A stretch of DNA of 64,000 nt, taken from an uncultured Oscillospiraceae bacterium (lineage in GTDB: Bacteria; Bacillota; Clostridia; Oscillospirales; Ruminococcaceae). Position 1 is the stretch's first letter. Each line of letters starts with the position of its first letter. This document shows, piece by piece, positions 1 through 10,697 of this stretch. A program made the position numbers and the translations under genes. The stretch covers positions 88,651-152,650 of the forward strand of contig CASEAH010000011.1 of assembly GCA_949285935.1 (NCBI GenBank), written 5' to 3'. The notes beneath the pieces are model-generated. The model searched no databases. It was not told where the DNA came from and worked only from the letters and a program-made list of their open reading frames with translations.

Positions 1-76
1 CGCTGCCCGGTTCTACCGTCACCATGACATCACTGGATTCCAGCGTACCGGCAACGGCGGTCTGTTTGATTTTCAA
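1..76 (-). CDS. citD: Citrate lyase acyl carrier protein (gamma subunit), 5' part, runs off the window edge
   Basis: Manual translation from TTG at 76: MKIKQTAVAGTLESSDVMVTVEPGS, matching the CitD N-terminus (AxAGTLESxD); GGGAGG RBS upstream. Confidence 0.85.
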   Translation of the reverse strand, partial: MKIKQTAVAGTLESSDVMVTVEPGS

Positions 77-673
77 GGCCGATTCCTCCCGTTCATTCCA
101 GCTTCTTATACAACTGCTTTTTTCTTTCGTTTTGGATGCTTTTGCAGGCGGAAAAATGATATGGCTCCGCAGTCCGGCATGCTTTCCATGATGGGGAGCC
201 TTCTCCAAAACCACCCAAAAGGCCGTGAGCATCCCCCGCAAAAGTCATGTCTTGAGTTCCTCTGTTCTGGTATGCCGGAACTGATAAGAGCACTGTGCCA
301 TTTTAAAAAACAGCTTAAAGATTCCTTTAGATAAGCTTAGATGGTTGTTGCCCCTTCATTCCTGAGGAAGGGGTGCGGCGCTCTTTTCATGTGGTTTTAC
401 GCGCCGTCTCCCGATTGCTTCTTTAAATGTGTCATGGCCGCTTCTTTTCCGCATACTGCCGGGTCTGTCCATAAAGGTATCAAATGCTCCTGGAAGCCCG
501 GCTCCCTGATCGTCTGATACAACGCCTTCATAATATTTATAGAATTTATGATAAAATATCATTTTTTATCTACTATTGCCATTTTATACTTGACCGTACA
601 AATTGGGAAGCATATAATTGCTGCATACGTTATAAATAAATTTTATATCAGACTAAAACAGCAAGGAGTTTCT

Positions 674-1564
674 ATGGATCTGATTGACTGGAAGCTGCTT
701 AAAATTCTATACCAGGAAAAGAGTATGATCAAAGCCGCTGAACAGCTTTTTATCTCACAGCCGGCGGTCTCTTACCGTCTCTCCAAGATGGAGAGCGAAT
801 TTGGACAAAGCCTTTTTATCCGCAGCAACCGGGGGGTGGAAATGACCAGTGCCGGCCTGCGCCTCCATACGTTTGCCAACCTCATGATCCAATACGACGA
901 TGATATCCATCATGCAGTAAGCCACGCCGGATCTGCTTTGTCCGGAGCCATCCGTCTGGGTACCACCGAAACCATGCTGGAGTATTTTCTCAACTCCCAG
1001 CTGAAGGATTTTAACACGCAATATCCCAACATCAAGGTCCATATCCGCATTGCCTCCACGCCGGAGCTTCTCCGGCTTCTCCAAACCGGAGAACTGATGA
1101 TGTGCACCATCCGCGGCCGGCGTCCGGAAGGCGGGAATGCTGTTCAGATATTTGATGAGCCGCTGGTGATCATCGCCTCCGAGCCAATTACAGAAGAAAT
1201 GCTGCATACCCGTCCCCTCCTGCGCAACCTCCCGGGCACCACGGTGGTGCAGCTGATCGACGAATGGCTGGGAACTTATTTCGACAGTCCGCCCCCTGTT
1301 TCTCCCATTGCGGTAGAGGGGACCTCCCGCTGTATCGTCAGCCTGGTAAAGGCCGGGCTGGGATGGAGTGTTATTTCCGCATCCCGTTACCGGGATGTTA
1401 CGGACAAGCTGTACTGGAAGCCCATCTACCGCTCTGACGGCTCTCCTTACCGCTACCCTACCTATCTTTATTACACCGATGAATCCTCCCGGTTCGATAC
1501 TTATATGGCTTATATCAATCACCTTCAGCAGTTCAGCAGCGGCTGGGAATATTCCCACGGTTAA
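674..1564 (+). CDS. LysR-family transcriptional regulator, divergent from citD
   Basis: HTH KAAEQLFISQPAVSYRLSKMESEFG..LFIRSNRG; start moved to ATG 674 after an AAGGAG RBS. Confidence 0.9.
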   Translation: MDLIDWKLLKILYQEKSMIKAAEQLFISQPAVSYRLSKMESEFGQSLFIRSNRGVEMTSAGLRLHTFANLMIQYDDDIHHAVSHAGSALSGAIRLGTTETMLEYFLNSQLKDFNTQYPNIKVHIRIASTPELLRLLQTGELMMCTIRGRRPEGGNAVQIFDEPLVIIASEPITEEMLHTRPLLRNLPGTTVVQLIDEWLGTYFDSPPPVSPIAVEGTSRCIVSLVKAGLGWSVISASRYRDVTDKLYWKPIYRSDGSPYRYPTYLYYTDESSRFDTYMAYINHLQQFSSGWEYSHG

Positions 1565-1759
1565 AAACAGCTTCCTTTGCACAGAGTATCGTTTCTGCCG
1601 CCTCTTGTAATGCTTAAAGCGCCCCCTGCATTACTGCTGCAATTTCCCCGTTTTGGGGTGCTGTGTTCACAAAAAAGCCGTTTTGCGGTTGCGGAGAATC
1701 TTTTCCCATGGTATGCTAATAGAAAGCCGCAATCCTATTTTCCGGGAGGTGTCTGTCCT

Positions 1760-2896
1760 GTGGTGGATCTGCCGTCTGTCCTCATCGCAAACGCCATAGG
1801 CGTGGCACTGATGATCATCCTTTTAATCAGTAATCGCCTCAATGCCCGTAATGTATTTTTTGATGAAAAAATTTTTGAACTGATGGCGCTGCTGACCATG
1901 CTGCTGTGCATCTGTGAAGCAGGCGGTTTTGTTCTGGACGGCAGGATGTTTCCGGGTGCCCGGCTCCTCTCTGTTTTTTTGAATACCATCCTGTTTGTGG
2001 TGGATATCTTTTTTGCTTTTATCTGGACGGTGTATGTGGACTACAAGCTTTTTGAGGATTTTTCCAGGATCAGAAAAATCTATCCATTTGTCGCCATCCC
2101 AGCCTTGATCATCATTTTCATGAGCGCTTCCAATTTTATTACCGGTATTTTTTTCACCGTAAACGAAGCCAATGTCTATCAGCGTTCTGATTGGGTTTTT
2201 CTTCCCTATCTGGTCACTTACGGCTATCTCATCTATGGGATGGCGCTGGTATACATTTGCCGGAGAAAACTGAAAAAATATATCTTTCTTCCCGCCATCA
2301 TCTTTCTGATCCCCGTCTTTATCGGCAGCTTCCTTCAACTGTGCTTCTATGGTCTGTCGCTCATCTGGCCTTCCGTAGCGGTGGGGGTGGTGTCCCTGTA
2401 TATCAACATCCAGAACGAAGCTTCCTGGGTAGACAGTCTCACCGGCCTCTATAACCGTCAGTATCTGGACCGTTATCTCACCTACCAGATTCAAAAGACC
2501 TGGAACAAAAAAATGCTGGCGGGCATCCTGATGGACGCGGATTCTTTTAAGGAAATCAATGATACACTGGGTCATTCCATGGGGGATGACGCGCTCCGGA
2601 GCATCGGGCAGATCCTGCGCCTGACCATCCAGGGAAAAGGCTTTGTGGCCCGTTATGCCGGGGATGAATTTATTGTCATCCGCAGCATCAGCGATCCTCA
2701 GGAAATGGTGGATCTGATGGATGCCATCCACCGCGGTACGGAACAGTTTAACGCCGCCGGCACCAAACCCTACAAGGTCTCCCTTTCCATGGGCTTCAGC
2801 GTCTTCCGCGCAGAAGGTGATTCGGTGGATGATTTCCTCCGCCGTATGGATGAGGGGATGTATCAGGAAAAGCGTCGAAAGAATCTGGCCCGGTAG
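1760..2896 (+). CDS. Membrane-bound GGDEF-domain protein (diguanylate cyclase, AGDEF variant)
   Basis: About 7 hydrophobic helices, then DSLTGLYNR, DADSFKEINDTLGH..GD, ARYAGDEF; GTG start after GGAGG. Confidence 0.88.
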   Translation: MVDLPSVLIANAIGVALMIILLISNRLNARNVFFDEKIFELMALLTMLLCICEAGGFVLDGRMFPGARLLSVFLNTILFVVDIFFAFIWTVYVDYKLFEDFSRIRKIYPFVAIPALIIIFMSASNFITGIFFTVNEANVYQRSDWVFLPYLVTYGYLIYGMALVYICRRKLKKYIFLPAIIFLIPVFIGSFLQLCFYGLSLIWPSVAVGVVSLYINIQNEASWVDSLTGLYNRQYLDRYLTYQIQKTWNKKMLAGILMDADSFKEINDTLGHSMGDDALRSIGQILRLTIQGKGFVARYAGDEFIVIRSISDPQEMVDLMDAIHRGTEQFNAAGTKPYKVSLSMGFSVFRAEGDSVDDFLRRMDEGMYQEKRRKNLAR

Positions 2897-3263
2897 CCCC
2901 CCTTTTCCATAGACGACATTTCTCCGGCAGACACTGCGTGCATTGCGGCTGCGCCTCGGGGAATCACCGGCCCCAATCATAAAAGTAAACCGTATACTTC
3001 TCCCCACGGTACAGGCCTTTGTCTTTTCTGTTTTCCATCCGGCTTTCCACGGTTCCTGCGGCGGATCTTTCCCGGCATGGGGCTGCTTTACCTTTCTGAA
3101 GCATACCCCCTGGGAACTTCGTGCCGCCATGGGGTTTCTTCAACATCTTTTTTGCCATTACCATCCCATCAGCAGCCGTTTGGCCTTCCCCTGCACAGAG
3201 AAAAAGGGCTTCCCGGTTTCATTCCGGGCATCTCTGCCGGCAGTGCGGCCAGTCAATAAGAAA

Positions 3264-3415
3264 GGGGCTGCCACAAAATAAAAATGCGTTAGCGGTCTGC
3301 GCAGAAAAAATTCGAGACTGACAATGAAAATCGGCCCTCAAAGGAAGCGGTTCTGCTTCTTTTGAGGACCGATTTTTGTGTGTTTTTTTGGTCGGGGCTG
3401 TTTTGCAGCAGCCCT
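3264..3415. mobile_element. ~150-bp MITE-like element, copy 1
   Basis: Imperfect terminal inverted repeats GGGGCTGCCACAAAATA / TGTTTTGCAGCAGCCCT; internal long hairpin AAAATCGGCCCTCAAAGGAAGC...GCTTCTTTTGAGGACCGATTTT; second copy at 51971-52120. Confidence 0.75.
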
Positions 3416-3439
3416 TTTCCCTATATACTTCAGACAGTC

Positions 3440-3931
3440 CTATACTTTTTCAAAAAGTTCCGCTGCTTTCTGTGCCATCCGCTGTCCATACAATTCAAAT
3501 GTTTCGCGGCTTTCCTCCAGCCTGCCAGCTATCGCTACAGGCCCAAGATGGATCACCGGTTTACCCTGGGATCCTCCTCCGGAATAAACCAGCATTCCAT
3601 AAACCAGCAGATGATCCAGGATCGCCTGGATTCCCAGCTCTCCGCCTCCATGAATATAGTTTGCGGTGGCAAAAGCTCCCCCCAGCTTGCCGGCAATGCC
3701 ATATTTTCCCATCTTTTCCAGAAAAACTTTCATTTCTCCACTCATGCTGGCATGGTAAATGGGACTTCCCACCACAATACATACACTTTCTTTCAGCCAC
3801 TCCTCGTCCACTTCTTCTATGGACATGGCACGGGCCTGCGTATGAGAAACACGCTCCATTCCCTCCGCAATGATCTCCGCCATCTTTCTGGTATTGCCGG
3901 TTCTGGAATGATACAGTACAGTTCCTTTCAT
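3440..3931 (-). CDS. Flavodoxin / WrbA-like NAD(P)H-dependent FMN oxidoreductase
   Basis: YHSRTGNTRKMAE FMN phosphate loop, VGSPIYH, GKLGGAFAT; ATG 3931 after AGGAGG. Confidence 0.88.
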   Translation of the reverse strand: MKGTVLYHSRTGNTRKMAEIIAEGMERVSHTQARAMSIEEVDEEWLKESVCIVVGSPIYHASMSGEMKVFLEKMGKYGIAGKLGGAFATANYIHGGGELGIQAILDHLLVYGMLVYSGGGSQGKPVIHLGPVAIAGRLEESRETFELYGQRMAQKAAELFEKV

Positions 3932-4812
3932 GAATAGGCCTCCTTTTTTCTGGTACAGACAGATACCGGCAGTCACGGGCTCCTCCCAAGCGGCAGCGCT
4001 TTATGGCCGGCATCAAATTTTCAGGCGTGCCGGCTTATGGAAAAAAAGCGCTTTCCTAAGCGATCCATAAGCCTTTGCGGAAAAGTATTGTGCTGCGGAG
4101 GATCCCGCTTATGAGAGGCTGATCCTTCCCGTTGCGTCTGTGGCGCTTATAAAAAGCATCAGCTCACGGCAGCTTTTTCCTCCATTGGAATCATTTAAAG
4201 GATACCACAAAGCAGGCTGTCAGGCAATGGAGGCCGCCTGAAAACCGGCGGGCTTATATAGGAGGATTTTGTATAGAAGCATTCTTCTCAAAGCCCTGTT
4301 GGCGGGCGTTTAAAAAGGGAAAGCGGTGCCCATGGAGCCACCAGATGCAAAGCAGGGTTTTAGGGGGTCTCGTTTATCATATTTTCTCTGACAGGCAAGA
4401 TGCTTCTATCTCCCGTGATTGGATACGCATACTGCTTCAGGCTTTTTCAGATATTCTTTTTCTTACAACGCAATGTAGAGGAGATGTTCTCTCTTTTCCG
4501 CTCCCATAAAATATTTTCCTTTTCCGGGATCATGGTCAGAACTGTTATCCGCTGTGCGTTTTATTTTTCGGATTGGGCCTTCAGGCTTCAGCAGCGGAGG
4601 CGGTAGGAACCGGCAAAATATCCTCCCAAATCCAAGGCTCTCCAATCCATTTTGCTGCCTTTTCCTCTGTAAATTCCAGAGTTCTGTCCAAAGGATTCTA
4701 AAAAAACTGTCCAACGTTTGACGGCTCTGCGCTCTTCTTTTTCCGGGATATGGCGGGCCTATTCCCCGTTTCTTTCACCAGGAAGAGGTCTCTTTTTCAC
4801 GGTTTGAAGAAA

Positions 4813-4852
4813 CAGCCCGGCAGGGACAGCTTTGGCTGTCCCTGCCGGGCTG
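4813..4852 (-). terminator. Intrinsic terminator downstream of the YfcC transporter
   Basis: Perfect stem CAGCCCGGCAGGGACAGC/GCTGTCCCTGCCGGGCTG. Confidence 0.65.
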
Positions 4853-4882
4853 AGGGGGATATCTGTCAAAGGGGAACTGGAA

Positions 4883-6277
4883 TTATTGATAATTGATCAG
4901 CTGGCAAACCACCATCAGGATGCAGGCGAAACCGACCCACATGCCCCACAATTTGCCAAAGAACTTCATCCATTTTTCATAGGGGATAGCAGCGGCGGCG
5001 ATAAAAGGCATCAGAGAGCCGCCGTGAGGCTGTACGTAGCCGCAGATACCGTCGCCCATGCGATAGGCCAGAACCAGCGTCTGGCGGCTGATTTCCGCCA
5101 GATCGGCCACAGGGGCCAGAATCGGCATGACCACAGCGGCATGGCCCGTACCGGAAGTAACGAAGACACTGGCCACCATGTTGATGATGAGCATGGCAGG
5201 GCCTTTCAGCAGCTGGGGCAGATAATCCAGTGTGGAAGCCATTCCCATTACCACCGTATCCAGGATGTTGGCCTGGTTCATGATCAGGGTGCAGGCGGCG
5301 CCCAAGCCTACGATCAGGGCGGCGGAGGTCATCCCTTTTGCGCCTTTTACAAACTCAGAAGCTACCTTGCTGGGCGTGTATCCATAGGCCAGACCGCTCA
5401 GGATCCCCATCCACATAAAGACAATGGCATTTTCCTGCAGTGTCCAGCCAAAGTTGAGGCAGCCGTAAATCAGGACCGCAAAGGAAACCAGGAAAACCAC
5501 CAGAACCAGGTAGTGACGCTTTTCCACTTGGATATCCATTTCATCCACATCAAATTTTTTGATGTCCGGAACCCCATAAAGGACGCTCTTGGTGGGATCC
5601 TTGCGGGTCTTTTCGCCATAGCGGATCAGGAAGATCACGGTGATGATGTACAGGCCTATGAAAGCGACAATACGCATGGAAATACCGGAATAGGCGGGCA
5701 GTCCTACGAGGCCCTGGGCCACGGCGGTGGTGGCAGCAAAAATGCCGGAGCTGAAGCCGATGCCGATTCCCAGCATGACGATGGCCACACCCATAACCGC
5801 GTCATAACCCAACATGGCCGCCAGCATCACACCCAGCGGTGTGAATCCGATAAACTTGTTGGTAGACTGGGTAATACCGATGCTGGCAAAAAGCAGCAGA
5901 AAGAGCGGGATAAACCATTTTTCCTTACCGGAGCACGCCTTTGACAGCTTGTTGCAAAAGGCATGGAACATGCCGGTGGAAAGCAGCACCTCCAGTCCGG
6001 CGCCCACAATCATAATGCCAAAAATAATGTCTGCCTGCTTGGTAAAGGACTGCATCACCAGACTGGGGATATTCCAAAATGGGACCGGTGTCTGCTCCAC
6101 ATACTGGAAGGAATCAGGTACCACCACTTCCTGGCCGGCTTCATTGGTAACCCTCTGGTATTCGCCCGCCGGGATGACATAGGTCATGATGGAAACAAAA
6201 ATCAGGATCATAAAAATGACCACGTAGCCATGGGGCATTTTAAAGGCTTTTTTCTTCTTGATTGCAGAAGCTTCCAT
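4883..6277 (-). CDS. YfcC-family (DcuC/ArcD-like) secondary transporter
   Basis: MPHGYVVIF..TYVIPAGEYQR, VTSGTGHA..VMPILAPVADL, AYRMGDG; multi-TM. Confidence 0.85.
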   Translation of the reverse strand: MEASAIKKKKAFKMPHGYVVIFMILIFVSIMTYVIPAGEYQRVTNEAGQEVVVPDSFQYVEQTPVPFWNIPSLVMQSFTKQADIIFGIMIVGAGLEVLLSTGMFHAFCNKLSKACSGKEKWFIPLFLLLFASIGITQSTNKFIGFTPLGVMLAAMLGYDAVMGVAIVMLGIGIGFSSGIFAATTAVAQGLVGLPAYSGISMRIVAFIGLYIITVIFLIRYGEKTRKDPTKSVLYGVPDIKKFDVDEMDIQVEKRHYLVLVVFLVSFAVLIYGCLNFGWTLQENAIVFMWMGILSGLAYGYTPSKVASEFVKGAKGMTSAALIVGLGAACTLIMNQANILDTVVMGMASTLDYLPQLLKGPAMLIINMVASVFVTSGTGHAAVVMPILAPVADLAEISRQTLVLAYRMGDGICGYVQPHGGSLMPFIAAAAIPYEKWMKFFGKLWGMWVGFACILMVVCQLINYQ

Positions 6278-6348
6278 TTGTACTCCTCCTCACTCATTCT
6301 GTTGGCTTTCTTCAGCGGTCTGTCCGGTCCCTCCCTGTGCCGATCCGG

Positions 6349-7527
6349 TTATTTCTTTTCCTCTGCGATCCGGGTCTTGTATTCTTCCTTGATTTCCCGG
6401 AGCACCTCAGGGCGTTTGATCAGTTCATACCCGGTGGCTCCAAGGATCTTGGCTCCATAAAGGACGGCGTCGTGTGCTTCCGGGGACTTTCCGGCATCCA
6501 CATAGGCCTGGGAATGGGATGGGGTTCCATCAGGAACAAAGGCTACCCGGATACAGGAACCCGGGATCCTGTGGAGAATATTGCCGAAGTCGGTGGAACC
6601 GGTTTTTTCTCTGGGGGGAGCCTGCCGGGGCGCACCGATCTCCCTTGCCTGCTCCATGATCAGCTCATTGAGGCGGATGGCAGGGATCTTATTGTCCACC
6701 TCTTTTTCGGTAGTGATGGTCAGCTTGGTCTCTGTCATCATGGCCGCGCCCTCCAGGACTTTCTTCAGCCGTTCAATCACACTGTCCAGATAGGTTCGGC
6801 TATAGGAGCGGACATACATACTGGCTGTGGCGCTGGCAGGAACGATATTGGCCGGCGTGCCGCCGCAGTCCAGAATGGTATAGTGGATTTTGGCGTCGGT
6901 GCTGATATGCTCCCGGAGGAATTCGATTCCCTGAAAAGCCAGGATCAGCGCGTCCAGTGCGCTGCGGCCTGATTCCGGCTTGATGGCCGCATGGGAACTG
7001 ACACCTTGGTAATGGATTTTGAATTTGGAAAGGGCCAGAGATTTGATGTCCGTCTGGGTAAAGTTTCCTGCATGCATCATCAGCGCCACATCCAGTTCTT
7101 CAAAGGTGCAGCCTCCCTGGATCATCATGATCTTGCCGCTGACGCTTTCCTCCGCAGGAGTCCCGTAGACGGTAACAGTATAGCTTTCCGGTATATCTGC
7201 ATGACGCAGGGCGGAAGCCGCAGCCAAAATGCAGGGGCCCTGCATGTGATGGCCGCAAGCGTGCCCGATTTGGGGCAGAGCGTCATATTCGCAAAGAAGT
7301 CCGATGTTGGGCCCGCCTTCTCCATGACGGTATACCGCTTTGAAAGCGGTTTCTACACCAACCACACCTCGCTGGACTTCAAATCCATCCTTTTCCAACC
7401 AGTCCGCCAGCCACTTGCTGGCCTGATATTCTTCCAGACCCAGCTCAGGATGGTCAAAAATCTGATCGGAAAGCTTGCACATTTCCTCTCCGATGCTGTC
7501 GATATACCGATATAAAGCTTCTTTCAT
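6349..7527 (-). CDS. M20D-family amidohydrolase/dipeptidase (PM20D2/AbgB-like)
   Basis: HPELGLEE, EYDALP, HACGHH, GTPAEE, SHAA..P..GRSALDA, GSTDFGN. Confidence 0.9.
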   Translation of the reverse strand: MKEALYRYIDSIGEEMCKLSDQIFDHPELGLEEYQASKWLADWLEKDGFEVQRGVVGVETAFKAVYRHGEGGPNIGLLCEYDALPQIGHACGHHMQGPCILAAASALRHADIPESYTVTVYGTPAEESVSGKIMMIQGGCTFEELDVALMMHAGNFTQTDIKSLALSKFKIHYQGVSSHAAIKPESGRSALDALILAFQGIEFLREHISTDAKIHYTILDCGGTPANIVPASATASMYVRSYSRTYLDSVIERLKKVLEGAAMMTETKLTITTEKEVDNKIPAIRLNELIMEQAREIGAPRQAPPREKTGSTDFGNILHRIPGSCIRVAFVPDGTPSHSQAYVDAGKSPEAHDAVLYGAKILGATGYELIKRPEVLREIKEEYKTRIAEEKK

Positions 7528-7736
7528 GCAGGATTCTCCTTTCGCTCGTCGGCTTTTGGATGGTCAATCGCCCTAAAATTAGTATAATATCGAAGAAATA
7601 ATTTGTACAATTTGAAAAACAAATGAACAATATAAGAATTTCAATGGATTTTAACACAAAATTAACGGCATTTATTGAAAATTAATGATATAATAGACAA
7701 AAAGGGGCTGGTATCATCCCGCCAAAAGGAGGAGCC

Positions 7737-8696
7737 ATGAACCTGAAAGAGCAGCAATATATCTGCACCATCGCGGAATGCGGCAGCATTACCAAGGCTG
7801 CCGAAAAACTTTTTATCACCCAGCCGGCTCTCAGCCTTTATATCAGCAATCTGGAAAAAACACTGGGGATCAGGCTGTTTGACCGGGTGGATAAACAGTT
7901 CCTGCTCACCGCAGCGGGCTACCTGTACGTGGAAAAGGCCCGAAAAATGCTGGAACTGCAGCAGGAATTCGAAGCCCAGCTGTATGACCTGAAAAACTAT
8001 ATCGATGGAGAATTGTCCATCGGCGTTCAGCTCCGCCGGGCACCTCTGCTGCTTCCTCCCGCCATGGCCCGTTTCCGGAAAGCATACCCCAACATCAAGG
8101 TCACCATCCGCGAAGGCGTTAAGGCCGAACTGGAAAACTTTTTGGCCGAAAACCGGATTCAGTTGCTCATTTACAATGCAGAAGAAGAAAAGAAAGATTT
8201 ATGCAATGTCCGGCTCTATGAAGATAAGCCCCTGCTTGCCATACATAAAGATCATCCTCTCAACCGACGGGCCGTCTCCCTCCCCGGGCAGCCCTATCCG
8301 TATCTGGATCTGGAGTTTTGCCGGGATGAACTGTTTATCCTCCCCACCAAACGGCAAAGCCTGCGCGTTTATGTGGACAAGGTTTTTTCCGACCTGCATA
8401 TCCGTCCCGGAAGCATCATGGAGATCCGCAACTTTGAGACGGCCATGGGCCTTGTCAATGAGGGCTACGGTCTAGGCTTCAACCGGGAACAGTATAAAAA
8501 TTCCATGACCTACCTCCGGCAGATCAATTATTACCTGTTCTGCATCAATGACGCCGAAAAAAACTGGGTGTTTGCCGGATATAAAAGAGGTCGGGACACC
8601 CCCGACTATCTTCATAAATTTATTGAAGCCCTTCTGGTCCGGGGGCAGGAGATCAAAGCCCTAAGCATTGTCCATTCCCCGCCTGCTGCCCCTTAG
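7737..8696 (+). CDS. LysR-family regulator, divergent from the M20/YfcC operon
   Basis: GSITKAAEKLFITQPALS..ISNLEKTLGIRLFDR; AGGAG RBS; upstream TTGAAA..TATAAT. Confidence 0.9.
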   Translation: MNLKEQQYICTIAECGSITKAAEKLFITQPALSLYISNLEKTLGIRLFDRVDKQFLLTAAGYLYVEKARKMLELQQEFEAQLYDLKNYIDGELSIGVQLRRAPLLLPPAMARFRKAYPNIKVTIREGVKAELENFLAENRIQLLIYNAEEEKKDLCNVRLYEDKPLLAIHKDHPLNRRAVSLPGQPYPYLDLEFCRDELFILPTKRQSLRVYVDKVFSDLHIRPGSIMEIRNFETAMGLVNEGYGLGFNREQYKNSMTYLRQINYYLFCINDAEKNWVFAGYKRGRDTPDYLHKFIEALLVRGQEIKALSIVHSPPAAP

Positions 8697-8929
8697 CTTT
8701 TCAAGGATTTTACCCTGCCGGCAGTATGGGGCTGCCATGCCTTTTCCCTTTCTTTTTCCAACAACTTGCTGCCAGCCGCCCCTTTATTCCTGGGCCAAAA
8801 TCCAGCCCTTTTCCAAAACGTCTTCTCAGGTAAGCCAGCAGTTTATACAGTAATAAAAAAAGCGGCATCCATTGGCCTTGGATGCCGCTTGCATTTGTTT
8901 TTGTGCCTTCCATCGGGGCATAGCTCAGT

Positions 8930-9221
8930 TTGGGTGAGAAACCCTTACAAAAAAGATATTGACAGCCTCATCCTGAAGCAGATCAAAGTCCGGAAGAACC
9001 TCCGGCGTAAACCATCCCAGCAACAGCCGGAAAGTTTTCTGCACGAAATGTCGATATCTTACACAGGCTTCTCCTTCCGGTCTGGCTTTGGAGAAACACA
9101 GATCCTGTGGGATAAGAAAGTATCCAAAGCCGCTGTACTGACCACCGCGCTTTTTTCTGCAGGGAAGGGCGGCTTGAAAAAGGGGCTCCGGCCGCATGTC
9201 CGGACATCCCAAAATCCATAA
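8930..9221 (+). pseudogene. Possible decayed YcxB-like gene fragment
   Basis: Frame reads HEMSISYTGFSFRSGFGETQILWDKKVSKAAVLTT, resembling the YcxB C-terminal pattern; no credible start or RBS. Confidence 0.25.
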
Positions 9222-9414
9222 TTTTTCTGTGCAGCAGGAATTTCTGCAACCGGATGGATCCGCTGCCGGTATCCCTGGTTTTGAAGCCGGACTTCTTCCC
9301 GCCCCCAACTGGCCTGGGGAAAATGCCGTTGTTTTTTCGACAATAAATATGCTATAATGACCTTGTTCCCGGAGCGTGCCGCCGGCCAAACAGGCTCCGG
9401 GCAAGGATGTGCCC

Positions 9415-9789
9415 ATGTCCCATTCCACTTCCTCCAGGACTTCCCGCCGGGAGTCTCAGCTGAAAGAAATTTTTGGAGGAGGCGCCAAAGGCAAGCCTGC
9501 CAAACCCCGCAAGCGCAAAGAAATCCGGGGGCTCTGGCGTACTTCTCCCGCCTATAAATGTATCCGTGCCCTGTTTTTGACCGGTGCCGCCCTTACGGCC
9601 CTCAGCTACGGGTTTATTCATGTTATCCTTACCGACCCGGAGCTGATGAGCCGGCTGCTGCGCTATCCGGTGCCGCAGGGAACGGTCCTCACCGTCTCCT
9701 CTGATGCGGACGCCATTCTGTATGGATGCGCCGTTTTTACCGGGCTGTGTTTCCTGCTGATGGTGGTAGTGCGCTGGCGCAGGATGTAG
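9415..9789 (+). CDS. Small hypothetical membrane protein (2 TM)
   Basis: Basic N-terminus plus two hydrophobic segments; AAGGA RBS; extended -10 TGCTATAAT near 9349. Confidence 0.6.
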   Translation: MSHSTSSRTSRRESQLKEIFGGGAKGKPAKPRKRKEIRGLWRTSPAYKCIRALFLTGAALTALSYGFIHVILTDPELMSRLLRYPVPQGTVLTVSSDADAILYGCAVFTGLCFLLMVVVRWRRM

Positions 9790-9793
9790 GCTT

Positions 9794-10549
9794 TCAGTCC
9801 TCCAGCACCAGTCCTACCGGGCAATGGTCGCTGCCCATGACCTCAGGCAGGATCATACTTTCCTGCAGCCGGGGTCTCAGCCGGCGGGACAGGAGAAAAT
9901 AGTCAATCCGCCACCCCGCGTTGTTGGCCCGTGCATTGTACATATAACTCCACCAGCTGTAGGCTCCCGTTTTGTCCGGGTACAACTCCCGAAAGCTGTC
10001 ACAGAACCCGGCTTCCAGAAGCTGGGTCATTTTTTCCCTCTCCTGGGGTGTGAATCCGGCATTCTTGGTGTTGGTCTTTGGGTTTTTCAGGTCGATCTCC
10101 TGATGGGCCACATTCATATCCCCACATAAAATTACCGGTTTCACCGCATCTTTTTCCTGCAGCCAGCGGCGGAATGTGTCCTCCCACTGCATCCGGTAAT
10201 CCAGCCGGGCCAAATCCCGCTGCGAGTTGGGGGTATAGACGGTTACAAACCAAAAATCGGGATATTCCAGGGTGATGACCCGTCCCTCCTGGTCGTGTTC
10301 TGCTATTCCCAGGCCGTAAGATACCGTCAATGGCTCCCGACGCGCAAAAACCGCCGTACCGGAATATCCTTTTTTAACGGCGCTGTTCCAGAAGCAGAAA
10401 TAGCCCTCCGGGGCAAACTGGATCTGTTCCGGCTGCAGCTTGGTTTCCTGTATGGCAAAAAAATCTGCCTCCGACTGGTTAAAAAAAGTTTCAAATCCTT
10501 TGCCCATACAGGCCCTCAGGCCATTGACATTCCAGGAAATACATTTCAT
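9794..10549 (-). CDS. xth: Exodeoxyribonuclease III (AP endonuclease)
   Basis: ISWNVNGLRA, QETK, GDMNVAH, GWRIDYF, GSDHCPV; start after AAGGAG. Confidence 0.95.
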   Translation of the reverse strand: MKCISWNVNGLRACMGKGFETFFNQSEADFFAIQETKLQPEQIQFAPEGYFCFWNSAVKKGYSGTAVFARREPLTVSYGLGIAEHDQEGRVITLEYPDFWFVTVYTPNSQRDLARLDYRMQWEDTFRRWLQEKDAVKPVILCGDMNVAHQEIDLKNPKTNTKNAGFTPQEREKMTQLLEAGFCDSFRELYPDKTGAYSWWSYMYNARANNAGWRIDYFLLSRRLRPRLQESMILPEVMGSDHCPVGLVLED

Positions 10550-10697
10550 CGTTTGTTTCTCCTTTTGATTCGCATTGCTGGGCAGATCTCCCAGAGTTCT
10601 TTGGAACAGCTTACCATACCGCATCCGCTTTGACAAGGCTTCCAAAACCTGTCGTCCGGTTCTCCTGCCGTGGATAAAAAAGAAGTTTTTACGGGTG

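Noticed and set aside
3960-4800. Possible riboswitch or ORFs upstream of the flavodoxin gene
   Set aside because: Hairpins are present, but no FMN, SAM or T-box consensus is recognisable and the ORFs lack features
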